A DNA stretch of 64,000 bases, from assembly GCA_038087875.1 (NCBI GenBank), contig CM075993.1, positions 1,800,001 to 1,864,000 of the forward strand, in the 5' to 3' direction. Positions 52,447 to 64,000 of this stretch are shown here, one piece after another. A program made the position numbers and the translations under genes. Below the pieces are notes generated by a model. It saw only the letters and a program-made list of their open reading frames with translations, ran no database searches and was not told the DNA's origin. The stretch's first letter is position 1. Every line of letters starts with the position of its first letter. This stretch comes from Malacoraja senta (Eukaryota).

Positions 52447-53448
52447 AATTATTAAGGTACCGGTAATTGTTTGAATCTGTGCTATGGAACTCTGTTGCCA
52501 GCTGTGTCTCCTGAGACTGTCAGGAGATTTGGCTTCAAGTCAAACCTGTTAGCAACGTGACAATATAAAAAGCAAAGTTAGGCACAAAATGCTGGAGTAA
52601 CTCAGTGGGACAGGCAGCGTCTCTGGAGAGAAAGAATGGTTGACGTTTCGGGTCGAGATCCTCCTTCGGACTGATGTCAGGGGAGAGGGCGGGACAAGGA
52701 ATGAAAGACATTTTGGGTCGAGACCCTCCTTCAGACTGATGTCAGGGGAAAGGGAGATACATAGATAAGGAAGTGTGAGGTGTGAAAACAGGACAAAGGG
52801 GGATGGAGATCAAGGAAAATGTAGAATAGACATTGATGTAGATCTGGTGTGATCTGTCGTTTTCACACCTTACCCTTCCATATCACTAGACTCCCTCTCC
52901 CTTGACTCTCAGTCTGAAGAAGGGTCTCGACCCAAAACGTCACCCATTCCTTCTCTCCAGAGACGCTGCCTGTCCCGCTGAGTTACTCTGCAGCTGCAGT
53001 TCCTTCCTAAACTAAGTCCACTATCTCTGATGAAATCAATCTTCTTGTTTGCAGCAGAAGAGGAGGTACTTGAATGACACCGAACACAAGCTGAACCAAG
53101 ACCAGAGCCAGACATCGCCCAAGTGTTTCACCGTTTAGCTGCCTTACCCATGGTGTAACCTTCGAATACATCTTAGCTGACGGACTGAAGAGCCAAACCC
53201 AAATGCATTGAGCTGAATCCTTCATCCATTGATAAGACACCAAAGCTGGAGTAACACAGCAAGTCAGGCAGCATCTCTGGAGAAAAGCCATGGGTGACGT
53301 TTCGGGTCGAGACCATATGGAAGAGTAAGGTGTGAAAACGACCGATCAAGTTTGACTTGAGCCAAATCTCCTGGCAGTCTCAGGAGACACCAGCTGGCAA
53401 CAGAGTAATATAGCATGGATTCAAACAATTACTTGTAGCTTAATAATT
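52447..53448 (+). repeat. Inverted repeat with 99-bp arms (52447-52545 and 53350-53448)
   Basis: Arms align as reverse complements with 9 substitutions and 2 single-base indels; they enclose the candidate terminal exon. Confidence 0.92.
53055..53077 (+). CDS. CD276: Candidate CD276 terminal coding exon (AEEEVLE*)
   Basis: cttcttgtttgcAG|CA GAA GAG GAG GTA CTT GAA TGA; the phase-1 entry gives a short acidic C-terminus like mammalian DDGQEIA*. A tandem CAGCAG acceptor allows an in-frame variant 3 nt shorter. The exon is short, so the call is tentative. Confidence 0.55.
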
Positions 53449-54127
53449 AGGAAAGGGTAACATTTCGGCTCGAGACCCTTCTTCAGACAGAGTCAGAGGA
53501 GAGGGAGATTTCTTACAATCTCCCTACATCACTGTCCATATCTCTCCTTTCCCTCTCCCCTGACTCTCAGTCTGACAAAGGGTCTCGACTCGAAACGTCA
53601 CCCAATCCTTCTCTCCAGAGATGCTGCCTGTCCCGCTGAGTTACTCCAGCTTTTGAGTCCATCTTCGGTTTAAACCATCATCGAGATCCTTTGCTTGTTT
53701 AACCAAACTATTGGCTCCATTATCCTGAGATTTGCTGCAAATGTCCCTGTTTACAAGTGAGCATGCTGTCTGAAATTACCAGTGCAGTTAATTACTTTAC
53801 GGATTTAGCCGAACCTTTGAACATATTTGTCCACGACGTTCCTAAACAAGAACGACTCTCATTGGGAATGTAGAACATTGTGAAGTTTATGTTAATTTCG
53901 GGAGTTATAATTATGCGTGTAGAATATTTTTTTTTTAGCTTTTGTTTTGATTTAATTGCTCTTGAATATTGTGCTGTTCACACAGCCCAGCTGTTGGCTT
54001 TCCGAAACATCTGCATACCCTTTGCATTCATAATTAGTCATTCCAGTTGTTAACAGTCTTCTTTGCTGCCAATTCTTTAGACAAACTTTTCATTATCTTT
54101 TGATTCCGACTTTTCTCATAGTACAGC

Positions 54128-54437
54128 CGGCACGGTGGCGCAGTGGTGGAGCCACTGCCTTAGAGTGCCGGAGACCGGGTCCGATCCCGACTACGGGTGC
54201 TGTCTGTACGGAGTTTGTACGTTCTCCCCATCACCTGCGTGGGTTTTCTCCGAGATCTTCGGTTTCCTCCCACACTCCAAAGACGTACAGGATTGTAGGT
54301 TAATTGGCTTGGTGTAAGTGTAAAATTGTCCCTAGTGGGTGTAGGATAGTTGTTAATGTGCGGGGATCGCTGGTCGGCACGGACCCGTGGGCCGAAGGGC
54401 CTGTTACTGCACTGTAGCTCAAAACTAAACTAAACTA
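54128..54437 (+). mobile_element. HE1-type SINE
   Basis: Full head, core and tail with (actaa)n end. Confidence 0.85.
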
Positions 54438-55143
54438 GTAATGCAGTGGAAAGGTGCATTAGATCAACTACCTAAACCAACCAACCTAAAATATATATTT
54501 TTTTTGGGAGGGGGGGAGTTCTTTAATTGACAGATAGTCAAAGGCCAAAGTCATATCTAGCCCAATAAATTATTCATATTTAATTTCCTATATTAATTTA
54601 GATGGAGGGGAGGTCTAGTCGACCAAGCAATGGCCGACATAAACAGTTGGCAGCTGGTGAGAGGGAGGGGAGGCCCTGGCACTTCGGTCGCCACCGTTGG
54701 TGGTGGCGACCCGAAGTGCCCAGGGGCTACGATGTGAGCCGCATAATAGCCGCTTCAAGCAGACCATCAGCTGGGTGAACAAAGAGCTCGAGGTGCACCT
54801 AGTGAGCTAGGGGTGGCGTCAGCAGGTCGTCTGTTATAAAGGGGTCTTTAAAACGATGGTTAACTGTACAGGAATATCCGCGTTTAACATGTTTCCCGTG
54901 AAGACCCTACATTTCATGACATCACCTCTCATTCCTTTTATCTCTTAATCTATAAGCACAACCCGCTCTCCATTTTCCTTATGGAAATTGCCCTAGTGGA
55001 CTTTCTCTGAAGTGCCTTCAATTCATTGAGTCGTACAGCGTGGAAACAGGCCCTTCGGCCCAACTTGCCAACACTGGCCAACATGTCCCATCTACACTAG
55101 GACACTAATTCAAGTGCATCCTTTCCTGAATACGATGACCAAA

Positions 55144-56278
55144 TAGAAACATGGAAACATAGAAAATAGGTGCAGGAGTAGGCCATTCGGCCCTTCGAGC
55201 CAGCACAGCCATTCAATATGATCATGGCTGATCATCCAAAATCAGTACCCCCGTTCCTGCATTTTCCCCCATATCCCTTGATTCCCGTTAACCCTAAGAG
55301 CTAAATCTAACTCTCACTTGAAAACATCCAGTGAATTGGAAACATTCTCTGAGGCAGAGAATTCCCACAGATTCATAACTCTGTGTGAAAAAGTGTTTCC
55401 TCATCTCCATTCTAAATGGCTTACCCCTTATTCTTAAACTGCGACCCTGGTTCTGGACTCCCCCAACATGGGGAACATTTTTTCCTGCATCTAGCCTGTC
55501 CAATCCTTAAGATTTTATATGTTTCTGTAAGATCCCCTCTCATCCTTTTAATTCCAGTGAATATAAGCCCAGTCGACTCATTCATTCTTTCATCTGTAGG
55601 TACGATACCAGGTGTGGTCTCGCCCAGTCTTGTACCTTTGCAACTAGCTGTTTTTAAAATAAAAAATAAAAAGTTGTGGATTTTCTGCCTCTCGTTGTGC
55701 AGTGGAATTAAACACCTCGTTCACATCTGGTGGATAGATTAACTGATCATTCTTTCTCCCATGGTTAATTTGTTTTGCAAATGAAATCGATGCAAGTGCC
55801 CATGTTGGCAGTGCACTCTCCAGCTGTAAGATGGACGTTACTGACGTGGAACTTGCCCAATGTTCATCCCTCCATTCAGAAAGCGTGACTGGAGTGTCTG
55901 AGACAAATAGTGAAAGGCCTGGATAGAGTGGACGTGGAGAGGATGTTTCAACTAGCGGGAGAATCTAGGACTAGAGTCACAGCCTCAGAATTAAAGGACG
56001 TCCCTTTAGGAAGGAGATGAGGAGGAATTTCTTTCGTCAGAGGGTGGTGAATCTGTGGAATTCATTGCCACTGAAGGCTGTGGAGGACAGGTCAATGCAC
56101 ATATGTTTAAGGCTGAGATAGATGGATTCTTGAGTTAGTGCGGGCGTCAGGGGTTACGGGAAGAAGGCAGGAGAATGGGGTGAAGAGGGAGAGATAGATC
56201 AGCCATGATTGAATGGGCGGGGTAGACTTGATGGGCCGAATGGCCAAATCCGCTCCCATCACTTATGAACCTATGAAC
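55144..56278. mobile_element. Two CR1 3' fragments (- 55144-55593, + 55906-56278)
   Basis: Same ORF2 C-terminal motifs and tails. Confidence 0.85.
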
Positions 56279-58137
56279 AGGAATGAAGCAACAGGTTCCA
56301 CAACCTTGGTCAGTGGGTCAAGATTTGAGTTTAGTTCTGGAAAGAGGGATTATGGACACAAGGAAGTCCAGATAGACCAATAGACACAGAGTGCTGGAGT
56401 AACTCAGCGGGTCAGGCAGCATCTGTGGAGAACATGGATAGGTGACTGTTTCACAGAGTGCTGGAGTAACTCAGCGGGTCAGGCAGCATCTGTGGAGCAA
56501 AGGAAATGGGCAACCTTTCGGGCCGAAACCCTGAAGGAAATAGGCAACGTTTTGGTCCGAAACCCCGGAAGGGTTTCGGACCGAAACGTTGCCTATTTCC
56601 TTCGCTCTATAGATGCTGCCGGAACATGGATTAGGTGACGTTTCACAGAGTGCTGGAGTACTCAGCGGGTCAGGCAGCATCTGTGGAGAACATGGATAGG
56701 TGAAGTTTCACAGAGTGCTGGAATAACTCAGCGGGTCAGGCAGCATCTCTGGAGAACATGGATGGGTGACATTTTGGGTTGAGACCCTTCTTCAGAGGTG
56801 GGGATGGGGGGGTGAAGCATAAGAACCCTGGAAGAGAGGAGGGGCAAGGCAAAGCCCATCAGGTAATAGGAGGGTTGTTTGATGGGCAGATGGGTGGACA
56901 TAAGGCAGAGATGAAAAGCCAGAAGGTGTGAGACAAAAGGGATTGAACAGACGTGAAATTGTGAAGCTAGAGGAAAGGTAAACCAGATCTACAGTTCTCG
57001 TTTCTGCATCTGCTGAGGAAGTGGACGGACAACATTGTGGGTCGGGGACCAGAGACGCTGCCTGATCCGTTGACTTGCTCCAGCGCTTGGTGTTCTCTGC
57101 AAGATTCCAGCATCAGCACACGGTCATATGGAATAGGAGTAGCATGAGGCCATTCGGCCCATCAAGTCTACTCCGCCATTCAATCACGGCTAATCTATCT
57201 CTCCCTCCCAACCCCATTCTCCTGCCTTCTCCCCATAACCTCTGACACCCGCACTAATCAAGTGATAACCAATGTCACCTGTACTAATCGAGCAGTCCCT
57301 AGCGTCTAAAATAAGCCTCAATTTCAACTTAAAGTTGATTCATTTCCTCCATTCAAACTTTTTGCAAATGAAATCACACCCACAATCCCTGAGCATCTTG
57401 CCAACCGCGTGATTTTTGTGTCGTTCGAGGAATAATTCAGAACATCCTCTGCCAACATTAGACAAACAGCCAGAAACTCTGCATTGTGAATCTGTTTGTA
57501 GGGATTAGCGTTGGTCCTGATGCCTCCTTGTGAATGGAGCCCTAGGATTTTGCTTTACATTCACCAGAGAGGATAGACAGGGTTTATGCTGCAAAGTCTT
57601 ATCTAAAAGTTGGCCGAGTCCACAGCAAACTGCACCCACAAGGACTGTGCTGGCGTGTTAGTCTTGACGGTAGACAAAAGTGCTGGAGAAACTCAGCGGG
57701 TGCAGCAGCATCTATGGAGCGAAGGAAATAGGCAACGTTTCGGACGAAACGTTGCCTATTTCCTTCGCTCCATAGAAAGAAGGGTTTCGGCCCAAACGTT
57801 GCCTATTTCCTTCGCTCCATGAGAAAGGTTTCGGCCCGAAACATCGCCTATTTCCTTCGCTCCATAGATGCTGCTGCACCCGGCTGAGTTTCTCCAGCAC
57901 TTTTGTCCACCTACGATTTTCCAGCATCTGCAGTCCTTCGTAAACACAAGCGTTGGTCTTGACGTTTTGCCTTTTTATTTTGTAGTGGTCTCAACGAGCC
58001 CTCTGACTCTCGACACCTCTCGTCACGGCGGTAACCTGGTTTAGTTTAGTTTAGAGAAACAGCGCCGAGACAGGCCCTTCGGCCCAGCGAGCCCTGGCCA
58101 ACCAGTGACCTTAACACTGCCCTACACGCACTGGGGA

Positions 58138-58281
58138 CTTCTTCTTCTTGCGTGTGTGGCGTTGCACAGCCTAAAGTTGTAGGACAACTTGTTCTATTTG
58201 ATCTTATTTGGTTGTGCACGCCGGGTTGATTGCATTCGTTCGAACAGGGCGGGCCACGTGAAGGTTGCAATCTCCCACCCC
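58138..58281 (-). mobile_element. Short non-autonomous retroposon: 5' HDV-like ribozyme fold, 3' hairpin and (AAG)n tail, copy 2
   Basis: Homologous to 33544-33659. Inserted in an HE1 SINE with an imperfect duplication tacacgcactgggga (58123-58137) / tacacacacacacactaggga (58282-58302). Confidence 0.8.
58228..58281 (-). ncRNA. Minimal HDV/CPEB3-like self-cleaving ribozyme motif
   Basis: Reverse complement reads GGGGTGG-GA-GATTGCA-ACC-TTCACGT-GGC-CCGCCCT-GT-TCGAA-CGAA-TGCAATC. P1 is complete with a G1-U wobble, P2 is a perfect 7 bp, J4/2 is CGAA (C at 58238). Confidence 0.78.
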
Positions 58282-58870
58282 TACACACACACACACTAGG
58301 GACAATATACACTCACGGTAAAGCCAATTTACCTACTAAATCCGTACGTCTTTGGAATGTGGGAGAAACCGAATATCTCGGAGAAAACCCACGGGGAGAG
58401 TCAGGATCGAACCTGGGTCTCTGGCTGCTGTAGGGAAGCAATTCTACCGCTGCGCCACTCAATGACAAAGTACCAGGACAAATTCTGCCTCTCACATTGC
58501 CAACGATTTTAACACTTGGGTTCTGCAAAGGACACGATTCTCTGCAAAGGACACGATTATCCCGCTGATCTAATGACAGGCCTGTTATGAGATTGTAAAC
58601 GCACGAATATTTTCAAAACGTTTTTCTATAGCAATGAGTTATGGAGATAATTTTTTTTAACAGCTCAATTTAAAGTTCTGTATAAAAGAATTGGTGCTGA
58701 GACAGTTTTTTTTTAAAGTGACAGATGATAACATGTTCTAGCAGTGATGTTTCTTTAAAGTGTCTAAATAAAGACTTTTACATCACCCATGGAATGAATT
58801 GTGAAAGACCTGCTGGAATGAAGCACTAATCCCTTCAATCTCCACACTGTGTTCTCCACAGTGTAAAATA

Positions 58871-59290
58871 GTTCAGTTGAGTTTATTGTCACATGTACCA
58901 GGTACAGTGAAAAGCATTTGTTGCGTGCTAACCAGTCAGCAGAAAGACAATACATGATTACAATCGAGCCATTTACAGTGTACAGATACATGATAAGGGA
59001 ATAACGTTTAGTGCAAGGTAAAGCCAGCAAAGTCCGATCAAAGATAGTCCGAGGGTCACCAATGAGGTAGATAGAGTTCAGCACTGCTCCTGGCTGTGGT
59101 GGGATGGTTCAGTTGCCTGATAACAGCCGGGAAGAAACTGTCCCTGAATCTGAGGTGTGTGTGTTTTCACACTTCTGTACCTTTTGCCTGGTGGGAGAGG
59201 GGAGAAGAGGGAGTGGCCGGGTGCGACTGGTCCTTATTTATGCTGCTGGCCTTGCCGAGGCAGCGCGAGGGTGTAGATGGAGGAAATGGA
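58871..59290 (-). mobile_element. Rex1/Babar-type LINE 3' fragment, second family
   Basis: RFRDSFFPAVIRQLN-like end plus 3' UTR. Shorter copies of the same UTR at about 6340-6540, 31525-31730, 39262-39425 and 41715-41854. Confidence 0.7.
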
Positions 59291-61650
59291 AGGGAGTCAC
59301 AAAATGCTGGAGTAACTGAGTGGCACTGGCAGCATCTCTGGAAGAAGGAATGGGTGACGTTTCGAGATCGTCTGGGCTGCGTCCACAATTCGCTGCAGAT
59401 TTCTCGAATGGCCGTCGTGCGATGGCTATATGGACACACTGATCTGTTTTTGTGGTCAATGCCTACTATGTTCTGTTGTGCTGAAGCAAAGCAAGAATTT
59501 CATTGTCCTATCAGGGAACACATGACAATAAACTCTCTTGTATCTTGAATCTAACCGCCGGTAGTAGACCTACCCAGCCCACCGCGGGGTCTGGAGGTTA
59601 CGGGTCACCCCCCTGGAGCCGAGAACCGGAGAGGAGGCCGGATGGCGGAGGGAGTCGGCGATGGTGGCGGACGCAAGGTCAAAGGGCCGGTAAACGGAAC
59701 CGTGGTCTTACCTTCTCCTCCCTCAAGAGCCGGCTGCGGGTGCCCCCCCCCCCCCCACCCCCGGGGCTCAGAATAAAAGAATGAACCTTTAGAATGGAGA
59801 CGAGGAGAATTTATTTAGCCAGAGGCTGGCGAATGGTTAGAATTCATTATAGGATGCCAGGACATTGGGTATTTCTAAGTGGAGTTTGGTAGGTTCTTGA
59901 TTAGTGAGGTTGTTGGGGAGAAGGCAGGAGAATGGGGTTGAGAGGGAAAAATAGATCGAATGTTGGAGCAGACTCGATGGGCTGAATGGCCTAATTCTTC
60001 TCTTATGTCTTATGTTCTTACAATACAATACGAACCGATTAGAACTTTATTTATCCCAGGAGGGAAATTATCTGCCAACATTTGATTTGATTTAATTTAT
60101 TGTCATTGTCTTCAATGAAGAGACAACTAAATTATTTTTCCCTTACAGTCATACAACCCCCCCCCCCCCCCACAGAACACAGTAGTCCACAACACAAACA
60201 TCCCCACCAAAAGTTATAACACACAAGATACATGAAATATTATTCATCATTATGGATGAATGTGACTCATCAGGGCATGTGTGTCCATATGCATCATATT
60301 GGGAGATCTTGGAGAAAGACACACACCACTTACATACTAACCAACTAAATTGCAGCTCATAATGTTTCACAATTAACATGTTAGTGCTCAACTCTTCAAA
60401 AGACCCACAGTGTAGCAAGCACAATGCGATGACCATGGATCCACCCACTCCATCTCTTCAGATCATCATCCTGTTAACAGTAGTCAATGCTGGGAGTAAT
60501 CCAGCGGGACAGGCAAGCACTTGGAGAGAAGGAGTGGGTGACGTTTCAGGTCGCTGCCCTTCTTCAGTCATTTTGCGTCCATCTTCGATTTAAACCAACA
60601 TCTGCAGTTCTTTCCTACACAGTAGTCAATCCTGCATCCTTTAATTTTTAAGTTGACTTTTGTTGACCAGAGGTGGTTTACCAGGTTTTACAGACAATAA
60701 TGTTTTATTATTAATGTTTTATGTGTCTTTCCTAAATGTCAATGTAATGTTGTCACTTGTGGGCGGAGCACCAAGGCAAATTCTTTGTATGTGAATACTT
60801 GGCCAATAAACTTATTCATTCATTCATTCATTCATTCATTCAATATCAGAGGTGGACCCGGTTGGATGGGACTTGGATTGCTGCCTGGAACATGCACTCC
60901 ATCCCATTTCTGGGAGACTGATCTTTCCCTCTCAACCCCATTCTCCTGCCTTCACCCCATAACCTTTGACACCCTCACTAATCAAGAATCTGTCAATCTT
61001 TGAAAATACCCATTGACGTGGCCTCCACAGCCTTCTGTGGCAAATAATTTCCACAGATTCACCACCCTCTGACCAAAGAAATTCCTCCTCATCTCCTTCC
61101 TCAAGGAACGTCTTTCAATTCTGAGGCTGTGACCTCTGGTCGGTAGACTCTCCCGCCAGTGGAAACATCCTCTCACATCCACTCTATCCAAGCCTTTCAC
61201 TATTCGAAGCTGGATCAGTACACAAAGCTAGTGATTCAAGCGTGAACCGTGCATTGTCAAGGTGAGTGAGTTAATGATTGTACATTGAATATCGTGAGCG
61301 CATTGATCTGCAGGAATCAAAATGATTTACAAATGTGCGTTCACTCCGATAAAGCTCAAAGAATCTTGTTAATGTTGAGATTTTAGGGGAATTCAGATTC
61401 CAATAGGCGTTTAGCCAATCTACCAAGTCAAGTCAAGTCACTTTCATTTCTATAGCACATTTAAAAAACAACTCTCGTTGGCCAAAGTGCTTTACAATGG
61501 TAAGACTCCACCAGGGCAACATGATGTGAGGTATAAACTGTTAGTGAAGAAAGAGTAGTCATACAGTCAACATGAAAGGCTTAATCCTGCAAGCATTGTC
61601 ACTTTCATTCACTGTACATCTTGTATGTGTGTGTGTGACACACTCGTTAG

Positions 61651-62194
61651 CCAAATCTGAGGAAGGACATTATAGCCATAGAGGGAGTGCAGAGAAGGTT
61701 CACCAGACTGATTCCTGGGATGTCAGGACTTTCATATGAAGAAAGACTGGATAGACTTGGCTTATACTCGCTAGAATTTAGGAGATTGAGAGGGGATCTT
61801 ATAGAAACGTACAAAATTCTTATGGGGTTGGACAGGCTAGATGCAGGAAGATTGTTCCCGATGTTGGGGAAGTCCAGGACAAGGGGTCACAGCTTAAGGA
61901 TAAGGGGGAAATCCTTTAAGACCGAGATGAGGAAAAACTTTTTCACACAGAGAGTTGGTGAATCTCTGGAACTCTCTGCCACAGAGGGTAGTTGAGGCCA
62001 GTTCATTGGCTATATTTAACAGGGAGTTAGATGTGGCCCTTGTGGCTAAGGGGATCAGGGGGTATGGAGAGAAGGCCGGTACGGGATACTGAGTTGGATG
62101 ATCAGCCATGATCATATTGAATGGCGGTGCAGGCTCGAAGGGCCGAATGGCCTACTCTGCACCTATTTCTATGTTTCTACGTTTCTATGTTTCT
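61651..62194 (+). mobile_element. CR1 LINE 3' fragment with (tttctatg)n tail
   Basis: [45 protein letters not shown]. Confidence 0.9.
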
Positions 62195-63375
62195 AACCGC
62201 TCTTCATCAGTTAAATCCACAAATTCCTTTTAGTTAATTTTTTGTCTCTCGACTAATCTAAGTAGGAACCATTTCCTTATGAAACATTAGCAAAATAAAT
62301 CAAACAATTAAAAGCCCATACTCAGAAGACTCATTATATTAATTAAAATTAGATATCTTCATAATAGAATCTTTAATCCATATAAATACAAATACATCAT
62401 TGTTTCAACTTGCACGATGCAAGCAGCTTTAGTCATCAAACCAATTAAAATGGTTCTGAATCCATTTTTACAAGATAAATAAGTTGTTAATCACCAAAGA
62501 TAAGACACAAAATGCTGGAGTAACTCAGCGGGACAGGCAGCACCTCTGGAGAGAAGGAATGGGTCAAAGAGTCTGAAGAAGGGTCTCGACCCGAAACGTC
62601 ACCCATTCCTTCTCTCCAGAGATGCTGCCTGTCCCGCTGAGTTACTCCAGCATTTCGTGTCCCATCTTCGGTTTAAAACAGCAACTGCAGTTCCTTCCTA
62701 CACATGCAGCCCACAATACATGGAGGGAGCCATTTATGCTTAAGTCAGTATATTGTAGTCACGTCTAGATATTTCTAGTTCTTGGAGACTCTTGGATGGA
62801 TAGGGCAGGGTTTGGAGGGATCTGGGCCAAATGCAGGCAAATGGGACTAGTGTAGATGGGACATGTTGGCCGGTGTGGACACGTTGGGCTGAAGGGCCCG
62901 TTTCCACACTGTTTGACTCCATGACTCTGTGAAGACTCTCATTTTGTTTACATCTCTGAAGTCGAAGGCCCCAAGATGGCACGGGGAAAACTGTGAACTT
63001 CCTCAGGTGTAACCTGCTATTCTTGTTTAAGTTTGATATGCGTTTATGAGTAGTAAGATTTTTACCGAACTGTCTTCACAAAAGTGAATTCCACCGTACC
63101 TAAGTGCATGTGACAATTCAGCAGCATTGAACGTTTATAGATCGTACACACTACAGCCAGGTATCTATGTAGTACTGGTAAAGTGAACTAGCATAGATGG
63201 GTATCTCTGTCAACATAGATGCGTAGGGCCGAACTTACGAACTCTGTACAGACAGCACCCCTGGTCAGGATGAACCCAGGCTCTGGCGTGTGAGGTAGCA
63301 GCTCTACCGCTGCGCCACCATGCCCCCCCCCCACCCCCCCCCCCCCCATCTCTCCACCTCTGTTGGGGATGTGTA

Positions 63376-63838
63376 GATTCAAGATTCAAGAGAGTTTATT
63401 GTCATGTGTCCCAGATAGGACAATGAAATTCTTGCTTTGCTTCAGCACAACAGAATATAGACGTCATTGACTACAAAACAGATCAGTGTGTCCATATACT
63501 ATTGAATATACATACACACACATAAATAAGCAGATAAAGTGCAATAGGCCTATTAAAGTTCAGAGTTTTGTTTGAGTTGAGTTTAATAGTCTGATGGCTG
63601 TGGGGAAGCAGCTATTCCTGAACCTGGTCGTTGCAGTCTTCAGGCTCCTGTACCTTCTACCTGAAGGTAGTGGAGAGATGAGTGTGTGGCCAGGATGGTG
63701 TGGGTCCTTGATGATGCTGCCAGCCTTTTTGAGGCAGCGACTGCGATAGATCCCCTCGATGGTGGGGAGGTCAGAGCCGAGGATGGACTGGGCAGTGGTC
63801 ACAACTTTTTTGCAGTCTTTTCCACTCCTGGGCGCAGG
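63376..63838 (-). mobile_element. Rex1/Babar-type LINE 3' fragment
   Basis: RLQKVVTTAQSILGSDLPTIEGIYRSRCLKKAGSIIKDPHHPGHTLISPLPSGRRYRSLKTATTRFRNSCFPTAIRLLN is a characteristic Rex1/Babar C-terminus; the tail is aataaa plus (ttgaatc)n. Confidence 0.85.
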
Positions 63839-64000
63839 AATCGAGTCACTCTCAGTCCTCGGATGCGAATGTGGTGGAACGCGGCTATTAACTGGAACAA
63901 GGATGAGGGAGCGGGTACCGCGGATACTGAGCCCGGCTTCGCACAGAGCAGCCCGACTGGGGCACGGGGATCGGACCCGGGCACTGACCGAACAAGAGTG

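Overview
Vertebrate genomic DNA, almost certainly from a cartilaginous fish (probably a skate or ray, judged from the repeat landscape). It holds the 3' half of a CD276 (B7-H3) gene on the + strand: an IgC exon (603-899), two cytoplasmic-tail micro-exons (32069-32101, 36819-36854) and a probable stop-codon exon (53055-53077). The expected transmembrane exon is not visible and may lie in the 200-N gap (20885-21084). The introns are packed with CR1 LINE 3' fragments, HE1-type tRNA/V-SINEs, Penelope-like (GIY-YIG) elements and their short derivatives, Rex1/Babar fragments, palindromic MITEs and microsatellites; nearly all ORFs in the supplied track come from these repeats. The most notable observations are: (1) a 116-144 nt retroposon in two copies whose 5' end is a 54-nt minimal HDV/CPEB3-like ribozyme fold, starting at the insertion boundary and followed by a 3' hairpin and an (AAG)n tail; (2) many minimal hammerhead-ribozyme cores in Penelope-derived repeats; (3) two inverted repeats, not matching the common repeats, whose transitions mostly keep G-U pairing on the CD276 sense strand, one of them bracketing the putative last exon; (4) a MITE family flanked by non-identical TAA/TTA triplets. 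All calls were made by eye; no searches or folding programs were run.
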